DNA of 58,278 nucleotides, filler included, from Trypethelium eluteriae (lineage: Eukaryota), in NCBI GenBank assembly GCA_051942245.1. It is 2 parts of 2 records of this genome, joined end to end, with 100 filler letters (N's around TTAATTAATTAA, not from the genome) between each part and the next. Parts side by side here need not be neighbours in the genome. Positions count along the whole stretch, not along the records: positions 1 to 29,143 come from JAVECL010000298.1; 1 more part is not named here. One strand, given 5' to 3'. Position numbers and translations under genes: made by a program. The first letter of the stretch is position 1. Each line of letters begins with the position of its first letter. This document shows positions 15,701-25,857 of the stretch, one piece after another. Under the pieces are notes generated by a model. That model worked only from the letters and a program-made list of their open reading frames with translations. It was not told the origin of the DNA and made no database searches.

Positions 15701-18700
15701 TGATCGCGGCAGGTGTACGGAAATGTTGCACACTCTGACGAGCATGTTGCATGAGCTGCTTGCGGATCCTGAAGGACGCATCTCCACTTTCGTAGATGAC
15801 TCCAGTAATAATATCGACGGCGGCGAGCAAACTAGTAGCACCTTCGACACTCCGGACACCCAGCTCAAGAGCATCGTCGATTTCCATTGGACACCAGCGG
15901 CAAACCTGATCAGATCAGAGATTGCAGCTTTGGCAGGATTAGATAAGAACAGTGTAGATGAGCATTGCTCTATACTGGAACTCGGATTGGACAGTATTGA
16001 TGCTATCCGGCTATCATCCGTCTTGAAGAAAAGTGGCATCACCCTGTCAACAAGCTCCATTATGCGGAGTCTGACCGTTTCCAGAATGCTGCAAGATGCA
16101 TCTTTGGCGGATGTGCATGATCAACATCCGAGTTTTGATCTCCTGGCAACTCGCGAAGCCGAACTGACCAGGAGTCTGTTCGGAGATTTGACAACACCGG
16201 AAACAGTCGATCGGATTCTTCCGGTTACACCTTTGCAAGAGGGCATGCTGTCTGAGATGATTAATTCTAACTTTCAAAGATACTTCAACCACGACATATT
16301 GAAGATATCCAAGCATACCGATATTACCCTTCTCCAGTCGGCATGGGAAAAAGCCTTTGCTTCGTTCCGGATATTACGAACCATCTTCGCTCCGATCGAC
16401 AATCCAAGCGTTGATGATGCTTTCGCGCAAGTAATCCACAAACACTCAATTTTCCCATGGCACGAGGTTTCTTCTAATACCGTCGATGATATCTCGACGA
16501 TAATGGACGGTGTTGCACAAGAAGTTCGGCGCACGTTTACTGAGAAATCGCCGGCCAGACTCACGATAGTCTATTGCCCGAAAGAGAAATATCTTGTCCT
16601 CTCATTGCCTCATGCGATGTATGATGGATGGAGTCTCCAGCTTTTACACGAGACAGTGCATGAACTTTACTGTGAACATGATACAGTAGAGAGTGAAAAG
16701 AAAAGTTTAACCAATGCAGATGAAGATCCTAAAATCCCTGGACAATCCTTTGATCATGCCCTTCAGCAGATTGTGTTGTCTCTCACGGAGGAACAGGAAG
16801 CTTTCTGGCAGAATCAGCTTACTGGATATGTTCCCTCGACACTACCTCACAGAGAGGGGAGCTCCGACCAGAGATCACCAGGAGTCCATCGCAGAGAGAT
16901 CCGTAGCCAGATCGCGCTAGAGTCAGTAATCTCTCTCTGCCGAACTCAAGGGATCACTCTCCAAGCCTTCGGGGCTGCGTGCTGGGCCTTCGTTCTTGCA
17001 TCTCTCTATCGTCAGCTTGACGTCGTCTTCGGCATTGTTCTATCAGGTCGCGACACTGTCGACGCAGAATCTATCATGTTTCCAACCATGAACACAGTCT
17101 GCGTTCGCTCGATCATCCACAAATCGAAACAAGATATGCTCAGATATACACAAGAGACGATTTCCGAGATCATGCCGCATCAGCACGTTCCATTGCGGAA
17201 GATTTTGGCAAAATTACCATCTCGAAACCGTAGACTCTTTGATACGCTTTTTATATATCAAAAGCGCCCCCAAATTGGCACTCACTCGGAGACCTCGCTT
17301 TACGAATCGGTTGGTGGAGCATCGGACGTCGAATATCCTGTTTGTATCGAAATGGAAACTATAGATGATGCAATAATATGGCGAACAGCTTGTCATGAGG
17401 ATTTCTTCGACCATATCGGAACTGCGGATGTATTGCAGAAACTCGATGCCGTAGCAAGGGATATCATCAGAGAACCAAGTACCCCGGCAATCAATTTCCA
17501 CGAGGAAGGTACCAGGATCTGTGGCCTCCCGGCCTTTAAGCCTCCGGCGCATCATGACTTGCGGCAAACTAGCACTCCAACAATGCCAGGGTCATCAGAT
17601 GCAATGTGGTCTGGTACTGAGCAGAAAGTGCGAAGCGTCCTGTCCGCAGTATCGAAGGTCCCTGAAGAAGATATAACCAAGGACATGACGATTTTCCACC
17701 TCGGTCTTGATTCCATCAGCGCTATCAAGATTTCTACGCTACTTCGCAAGCAAGATATCAAGCTTGCTGTGAGTGATATACTTGGGTCAGCTTCAATCAC
17801 TGGAATTGCGGGAATTGCGGACCGTCAACAGTTGAGAGAAGTCGGAACGGCAAGTTCCAATGGCTCATTGGCAAAGGTACTGAAGGAAGAAGATCTTAAG
17901 AGGCTAGTAGAATCGGTAAACATGGACGCTGAGAATATCGAGGAAGTACTCCGGACCAGTGCCGGTCAAGACTACATGTTATCTGTCTGGCAGAATACCC
18001 ACGGCGCCTCCCTCGTCCCGGAATTTGCCTGGCAACTGGATAATTGCTGCGATATTGAACATGTCCAGAAAACCTGGTCAAACCTTGTTGCGGAGATGCC
18101 AATCTTGCGGACTTGCTTCGTCGCGACTTCTTCTGACCGATTCCCATTAGTTCAGGCTGTCATGCGCGACGTAGAATCGCGAATATTTCGCGCTGAAGAC
18201 AATGTATTCACAGGCAGCAAGAATCCTTCAGTGACGAATGCGCAACCGTTTCTCCATGCCATCGCTGATGTTGACAGCCGGAGGACAGTCCTCCATCTCC
18301 GCATTCATCACGCATTGTACGATGCATTCAGCTTACAAGTCCTTCGGCAAAGGTTTGAAGACATCATCAATGGCGTTAGAATTGAGTCCAGCTCGAGCCA
18401 AGATCACTCTGGATTTCTAGCATTGAGTACCTCGCCGGAGGCCCGATTGAAGTGCCACAGTTTCTGGACTCAACACTTGGCAGATGCCTCGTCTCCGAGC
18501 CTCCTCCAGCCCTTGACACCTTGGCCACGCCGAGTCGAGCTCTTTAAGCCTTCCTTGATCTCCACCGAAACTCTGGAAAATATAGCAAAAACCCGTGGTA
18601 TCCCTCTTCAAGCAATCTTTTTTGCTCTGTGGTCCCGCCTCTACGCTTCACTTTCCCACAGAGTAGATGCGCTCTCTACAACTGCTGACTACGACGTCGT

Positions 18701-19332
18701 CTTTGGTGTCTATCTTGCCAATCGCGCACACCTTCCCAATCTCTACGCTGCGAACTTCCCAACCGTCAATCTTGTCCCGTTGCGCGTACGCTCGTTTGCA
18801 TCATCCAACCTCCTCGACGTGGCAAAGAAAATACAGGATGACTTGCGAGAAATCGGCACGCCAGAGAATTCAGCGGTGAGGTTATGGGAGATCGATCGGT
18901 GGACAGAGGGCAAGGTAAAGTTAGATTGCTTTGTCAATTTTCTGAGCCTGCCAGAGGAAGACGGCGAAGATGGAAAGGCGGAAGAGGGAAATAGCCGAGG
19001 AGCTGTTAAGGTACGAGAAGTTAGTCGTGAGAGTATAGGAGAGAGGAAAGGCGTTGGAGAGCCGAAAGGACCGCATTTCGTGGAGCCGGAAGAGTTGAAG
19101 GGCAATTTGATCAAGGATTCGTATTTGGTAAGTCCAAAATGGCCACTGTTGGAAGGAGACAGGAGCTGACATGAGCCTCTAGCATTCCGTAGACGTTGAA
19201 GTGGCGTTGCGGAAAGGTGGCCTAGATATTGGCATTTTTGGATCGGAGAATATGGTCGAAGGTATTGAAGGTGCTGAGCGTTTGGTCAACAACCTCAAGG
19301 ATTTGTTGGTGAAGCTCGGAGAACATGCTTGA
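3733..19332 (+). CDS. sidC: Ferrichrome/ferricrocin-type siderophore NRPS (NPS2/SidC family), ~5,162 aa; A-T-C-A-T-C-(vestigial A)-T-C-A-T-C-T-C-T-C
   Basis: Exons 3733-10520, 10577-19127 and 19183-19332. Introns GTAGGT..CAG and GTAAGT..TAG, with GCTGAT/GCTGAC branch sites, join the two long ORFs in frame. Three A domains (YTSGSTGKPKG, FTSGSTGTPKG, YTSGTTGTPKG; YRTGD/YRSGD), six GLDS thiolation motifs, six xHAxYD(G/A) condensation motifs and terminal T-C-T-C. Divergent from sidA. Confidence 0.95.
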
Positions 19333-19687
19333 GAAGTCGTCCTCTGATTTCGCAATCCCGGAATACTTTGCACGCTGTTGAACCTTGTCTCAAAGCCATT
19401 GTACACATCACTGCATCCACTTTATGCTTCAACAGCGTAAAGTATGCAAATAGAAACAGAAAGTTAGCATTATTATTTTTGTAAATTTATGAGCAACATG
19501 AGGCTCGATTCTAGATTTTGTATAACACATCAACACCTTTTTTTAAGAGTCCAGTATTATTTTTCCCCCCATCCTCTTCAATCTCATCGTCGCAATCGTC
19601 ATCGTAGTCATCTTAATCATCGTCATCCGTGCCACCCGCGTCCTAATCTCTTCGGCTCGACCATCCCGTCTACCCGCCACCTCTCAA

Positions 19688-21663
19688 TCACTTGGAAAGC
19701 GCCAATCCCCCAAACTGCTTCACGATGCCCGCAACCTTCTGCGCCAAATCGTCGGCCTCCGCCCTCGTCGCCGCCTCCGCATACACCCTCACCGCATCCT
19801 CCGTGCCACTCGCCCTCGCAAACGACCTCCCCTTCGTATACTTCCCGACCAACTCATCAATACGCGCCTGGGCGTGCTTCGGCTCCGTCAGCCTGCGCTC
19901 GGCATCCTCCGTCTTGAAGACGTTGCGGTTCCCGACCTCGACGCGGACGAGGCGGTTCGGGTAGTCGGTGTAGGTGGAGAGCCAGTTGGCGGGGTCCCAG
20001 GCCTTGTGGGCGAGGATGACCTCGACGAGGAGGAGGTCCGACAGCGCGTCGCCGACCGTCTGGTTGATCAGCTCGGTGGCGGCGGTGAGGGTGGCGAGCG
20101 CGTCGGCCTGCGACGGCGACTGCGGCTCGTGCGTCGCGATCGTCTTGAGCGCCAGCGGCGAGAACAGCACGGTGCCGTGGCCGTTGGCCTCGAAGTACAC
20201 GCCGATGTCGAAGCGTTGCGCCGCGTGGTGCAGGTACTTGACGCCTGTCGGCGTGCACTGGATCGGGAGTTTGAGGTTCTCCGTGATGAATTTCGTGGAG
20301 GCCCCGTTGGCGTACGCGGTCTGCACCACGCCGATGGAGAGCTTGGAGGCGAGGCCGGATTTTTCGCCGAGCTCCCCGAGGAAGGCGGCAGCGAGGGTGG
20401 CGATGCGGTCGCCGTCGAGGAGGCGGAAGTTGCTGTCTTCGTCGATGAAGTAGTACACTATGCGGTCAGCATCACCATCTAGAGAGGCACAGCGATCACC
20501 CGGAGCAGCTTTCGAGGACGGCGGGGCACGTTGTTGCGTTTTGACAAAATCGGCGCCGCACTGCGAGCCATAATATCTTAGTTTCCTGGAGTCCCTCGTA
20601 AGAAATTCGAAAATAATCGAGCGCATTACCTGAGAGTTGAGATTGTCCGGCTTGTGGACATCTTCGTTGACGACTTTGATGTCAACACCACCTTCAGCTT
20701 GGGAAGGCAAATACTTGACCAATTCCCTAAGCTTCGGCCCGCCAACACCATTGGCACAGTCAACGGTGATTGTACCCTTGGATTTGGCGTTTTTCATGGC
20801 CTGTTTGAAAGCTGTGGAAAGCTTCTCGTAGTATCCAGTCTCACTAACATCACCATACTCATATTGAGTACCTTTCGTATTAGTACAGCGGATGAGGTAG
20901 TGAAGCTGTGGCGTGGTTAGCAATTTGTAGTCGGTATATTCTGTATTGGTAGCCGTGAGGGCATCGACAAGGCAGTCGACAAGAGTCGGTCCTGAGGCCC
21001 GTGTATCACGGGCATAGATAACACGAGCAGGAGCCGAGCTGTTGATTTTTAGACTGGTGTGGAGTTTGTTGAATTCTTCGACAAGCTCCTCGTCGGTCTT
21101 AGCATTTGCGAAAGCTGTGGCATATGGTTCCCAAGTGGCCTTGCATGGATTAGTGGGTACTTGTTTTTATCGGGTATTTTCAGGGAAAAATATCAAACCT
21201 CGAGCATATCACCCTAACGTATAGCACAAGTCAGTCTGAGAGGTCATCCGAGATTTCACTTGAGCCCCTTTTGACCGACTTACGTATGGATCTACGAGTT
21301 TGACTCCATTGTCTTCGGGTGGATTGTGGCTTGCAGTGATCATAACTCCGATAGATTGGCCGTTCATCTTTCTCGACCTTGCAGCAGCGAGAAGACCGAC
21401 ACGAAACACGACTGAGGGAAGCAAGTCCCTGGTACGAAAATTGATATTGTTAGCTATGTTTACCTTGAGCAATCAAACCAGTTTGACTGATGCTTAATTT
21501 TCTCCTATTACTTACGCCTTCATGCGAAACTAGGATATGATCGATCAGCAGAACGTCCTTGTCTAGGGGTAGAAAGATTTACCCCAGCCGTTCCATAGGC
21601 AAAAATTCTAGCCGGTCTGGGATGCTTCTTGGAAGCTTCGAGGATCTGCTGGTCGAAAGACAT
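19688..21663 (-). CDS. PCM1: Phosphoacetylglucosamine mutase (AGM1/PGM3), ~545 aa, 6 exons
   Basis: Exons 21663-21583, 21529-21516, 21428-21284, 21213-21199, 21139-20630 and 20560-19688. Motifs: YGTAGFRMKA, catalytic ITASHNP, metal loop [29 protein letters not shown]. Confidence 0.96.
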
Positions 21664-21987
21664 CTTGAAGAGACGGTCAGACTCTGATAAATCGTTAGAT
21701 AACCCAACCGAAACTGACGATGGAGAGATTTCTCGGAGGAGATGGGCTACAATACTCTAAGGAGAAAGGAGCATATGACAGTTCCAAGTACGCTTCATGA
21801 GATGTTTTAGAGAAAGTAGAGGGGGAGCACACAACATGCAGTGTTCCTGTTGCAATCGGCGAGCATTACTCGCATGAATAAGCCCAATCGGGACTAGTAT
21901 GCTTGTGCACTAAAACTGTTATCGGAGGGAGCTTTAAAGAATCACGACATCCTCACGACTGAGAAGCTTGAGTTTGTCAGACACACC

Positions 21988-22734
21988 ATGAATCGATTAA
22001 AGATATTACGCTCAGCACCATCAACTTTCAGCGGTTTACCATTTCGGCCCAGAGCTTCGAACGCTCTCCCCTTATTCCGACCATCATTACAAAACCCATT
22101 CCCCATCCAATCTCAGACTTCACCGTTCTCCTCCACCGCATGCCTCCTAAAGCGCAAGAAGCAGAGGGTAAAGCAGGATATCCGCGTTCGTACGTTTTAC
22201 CCACAACATCTCTTACCAAACTCGCATCTATCAATCCACCAACTCCTGACGTACTAACTTCCTAAACCATCAGGACACATCAAATTCCACCTTGCCCACC
22301 CCATCACCCCCCGACCGCTCCGTTTCTCCCGCCACCGAGCCCTTCGCCACTGGACCATCCACCGCGCCTGGCATACCCACCTCTCTCAAGTCCGACGCGC
22401 GCGCGAACTCGATCTCGAGCGCCAATACGAATCCATGAAGGGGGCGTGTGAAGCGCTGCGCACTCTTGGCGAGGACGGGATCGGGTACACAATTGCGCGG
22501 GCGCCGGAGCCGAACGAGGACGGAACTGTGCCGTTGCAGAAGGCGCAGGAAGGTGGAGAGGGATTGGTGGTGATTGGCGGGTCTGGGAAGGGGGAGGGGG
22601 GTAAAGAGTTGGGGAGGCTGTATCGGTTGGCGATGGAGAAGAAGGGGATTTGGCAGGGGGTGCCGATTGAGTATGCGAGGATACAGACCGATACGCCGGG
22701 GAGAGAAGGGTGGGATCATGGATGGAAGAGGTGA
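21988..22734 (+). CDS. MRPL28: Mitochondrial large-subunit ribosomal protein mL40 (YmL28), ~220 aa
   Basis: Exons 21988-22189 and 22274-22734 (intron GTACGT..CAG with TACTAAC branch). Arg/Ser-rich presequence; motifs PRPLRFSRHRALRHWTIHRAW, LERQYESMKGACEAL and C-terminal PIEYARIQTDTP...W. Confidence 0.88.
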
Positions 22735-23071
22735 TCTCAAGTGGTGAGAAGTGGGATGAGTTGAGGGTGGATCATTAAAATGTACTACATGGGCTCTTTG
22801 CCGTTGTATATATAATTAAAATGTGCAAAAGCCATCGAGAAATTCACGTGAGAAAAGAATCAATTAATATTCATGATATGAGTCGTAAATAAACGTATTG
22901 TCATGCTACCTACATATCACAATGAGAATTTCTGGATCCAGAGATACGACCACACGTGCACAGTCAAATCCATTCATCTCAGAATCGTAATTGACAAAAC
23001 TCTTTCCACTTAGAAGTACCTAATTGTTGATTAAACTCAGAATTCCAAAGACAAGAATTACAGGGTTAAAT

Positions 23072-23100
23072 AAAAAAAAAGAAAATAAAAGAGAAAAAAA
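23072..23100 (-). terminator. Pol III oligo-T terminator of the 5S gene
   Basis: T7 run (plus-strand A7 at 23094-23100) starts about 8 nt after the 5S 3' end and is followed by further T runs. Confidence 0.8.
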
Positions 23101-23107
23101 TGAGGGT

Positions 23108-23226
23108 ACATGCAATACCCCGTATTCGCTGCTGGTCACCCACGCAACTACTGACGAGGCGGCAACGTGCTTAACGTATCGAGAGCGGACGGGATCGAGT
23201 GCTTTCACGTTCCTATGATCGCATGT
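23108..23226 (-). rRNA. Dispersed 5S rRNA gene (119 nt, divergent sequence type)
   Basis: The minus strand reads ACATGCGATCATAGG...TCCCGTCCGCTC...TTAAGC...CAGTAGTTGCGTGGGTGACCAGCAGCGAAT...TTGCATGT and all five 5S helices can pair. TATA element about 26-29 nt upstream (23252-23255) and oligo-T terminator downstream. Confidence 0.95.
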
Positions 23227-23676
23227 ACTTCCTACAATTCTTGAGCCAAAATATAACCACATGCTTCTTTATGCAGATCCTTTCCAGCGCATTATTATAA
23301 CCACTCGAGCGATCTCCAGTTCCCTAAACCATTGAGGCGACATTTCATTCAAGGAGAAGACCCTTGCAACATTCACTACACGACTATACAAGGTGGAAAT
23401 ATCCAAAGTATTCCAGAGCGTCGGTCAAATATTAAAGTCGTCGCCATTACCACGCTTGCTTGCATCGCTTGTTTAGACATGAACGCCAATCATCCACAAA
23501 TTCCATGGAAGGCTTTTGGAACACCAAGATTCCCAAAGTGTCCCGTTGACACCTGCTTAGCAACTAAACCTCTCGAAATTGACTCCTAGCAATGCAAAGC
23601 CGCGATCAGCCCAGTTTCTCTGTTAGTCCTCCTAACCCCCAACCAGTTCTCACGTTCTCTCACGAGTAAAGACCGC

Positions 23677-24863
23677 TCATAAAATAACGCAGCACCCGCT
23701 GCCTTCCGATTTGTCCACACTCAGCAATGCTGCCCTCGTCGCAGCCTCGAAAACATCGTCCACACCGTCGCCTGTCAGACTCGAACACTCAAGATATTTC
23801 CGGGCGCCAATCTCTTCCTTCATGTCATTTCCAGCCTTGCTCGTTGTGAACTTCAAGCTCTTCTTGCGCATCTCCTCTTGTGCGAGTGGGTCTTCTCTTA
23901 GATCTTTCTTCAGACCTACAAGGATGATGGGGACACCGGGACATCGCTCTCGGGCCTCTTCCGCCCATTTGTGCTTCACGTTCTCCAGTGAATCTGGTGT
24001 GTCGATGGCAAAGCCAATTAGAATGACGTGTGCCTTGGAGTAAGCTAATGGCCGTAATCGTTCGTAGTCTTCTTGGCCTGCGGTATCCCAAAGCGCCAAT
24101 TGGACTGACTTTCCATCGACTCGACAATCAGTCACATAATTTTCGAAGACTGTTGGGACATATCGCTGAAGAAGTAATTAGCGAGAATGGATTGAAGCGA
24201 CCGAATTACGCCATACAGTCGGGAAGTAGCCTAATGTGAAGACACTAAGTAAACTTGTCTTTCCGCAAGCACCGTCACCGATAATCACCAATTTCCTGCG
24301 TACGAAGTTCATGTTAGCGAAAGCTTGAGATGGTGGCATCATGGACGAGGTGGAGCTTAATAACAAGCAGAAAGAAAAACCAAAGCTCCGACGACAGAAA
24401 CTAGATGTCGTGTTTAAAGTTTTCTACACCTGCCCAGTGCGATATCTTTGAAGCATCCGTTGCAACGGCAAATCGTCGGCCGAAGGATCAACCCTGCTCT
24501 CGGGCTATTTGAGGTGACATGCATATGGAAGGCGTGGGGTATAGATGAGATCCAGGGGCTCTCGCTTCATGAAACGAACCAAGCCCCCAAGAGACTCAGC
24601 CTTTCTTGTGCACCACTTCTGCATTTGGGAGTGTATGAAACAGGAACCAAATCTGTGTCTAGACCATTGAGGCTTGGCCAAGATCAGTTGTTTACACGAA
24701 GTGCCCAGGATACCGAATTTTGGCCCTTGGTGAACGAAGCCACACATAACACCATAAAGTGGAAGAGCAGTGCACGAATAAAGCCTTGTCCAAGTGCATC
24801 GTTGGGGACTGAGAGAGAGCTTGGCGCTTACCTCCTCATCACGCTCTGGTCTTGTTGTGCCAT
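23677..24863 (-). CDS. RHO2: Rho2 (RhoB) small GTPase, 199 aa, 3 coding exons
   Basis: Exons 24863-24832 ([10 protein letters not shown]), 24295-24217 and 24165-23677. Motifs: [52 protein letters not shown]-terminal CCVIL prenylation signal. Confidence 0.95.
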
Positions 24864-25857
24864 TGTAGATGGTTCTTGTCAAGTATACAAGTGAGATCTT
24901 ATGGAGTGCAGGTCCAACTTAATGGCCCGCCAAGATCAACCGGCCTGCCTAGCTTAGGTCCTAGCCTAAAGACCTCTAGTTTCCGTGCTGCCGAACGATT
25001 GGAGCCTCTGTATCGTCTTCCAGATCTCAGGTCCTTTCTCGCCGAAGGAAAACGAGTCGGCAATGATGGTATGACAAACGGCGGAGCGAGACAAACCGAT
25101 GGCAAGAGGCAATCTAAGGAAGAAGCTTTGGTATGTTAGCATGAACATCGAAGCTGCCAATGGAGGTATTTGAAGGTAGAGGACGTACCGGAGGAATTCT
25201 TGATATAGCCTGTCCAGGTGTGGCTTGTGTCCGCGGCAATTGGTAGTGAGGAAGAGACTGTAGAAAGCGAGAGGCGGGGAGCTGGATCAGGTATACAGAA
25301 TAAGTGGAGAAATGGGTGGGATTTGGATGTGCAAAAAGTGTCGAGTTCTGAAGAATAATGGGGGAAGTTCGCAGCAGAGAATGGAGACGAGGGAGGCTTG
25401 GCTGGCGGGCAACACCGCAGCGTTGATGCAAGCACTGCAAGAGGGAACGGGCGAAGCTCGGCAGAACCTGCCGATTCTCCGGCGCCTCAGCGACACCCTT
25501 CGATGTCACTTCTCGCCCAGCAGCACGCTGTCCTTGGTTCGTCAAAGCTTTTTCCTCCCATACGCCCACTCACTTCGCCATTCAACGCTTCGCACCGAGC
25601 CGACGTCATTCACCCTGCTCAAGCTTCCCCATGACACCCACTCGAACCCTCACCTCGCGCATCGTGCCCGGTACGTAGTCAGTGGAGGGGCTTTCTCCAA
25701 AGGGTGCTCGGCTCTCACCAGCAACTCGCGCTCCTCATTCTTTTGCCAAGACTCCACCAGCGTTCCTGCAGCAGCGTGCACGAAGATTCGTCTTCTAACC
25801 CCAGTCACAGAATTTTAATATTCACCGCCACCACCAATCAACCCCGCGCTTGTAACC

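Noticed and set aside
19692..20482. Multiple overlapping ORFs over the PCM1 3' half (similar shadows over NST1, the NRPS and RQC2)
   Set aside because: Explained by high GC3 or low complexity suppressing stop codons in alternative frames.
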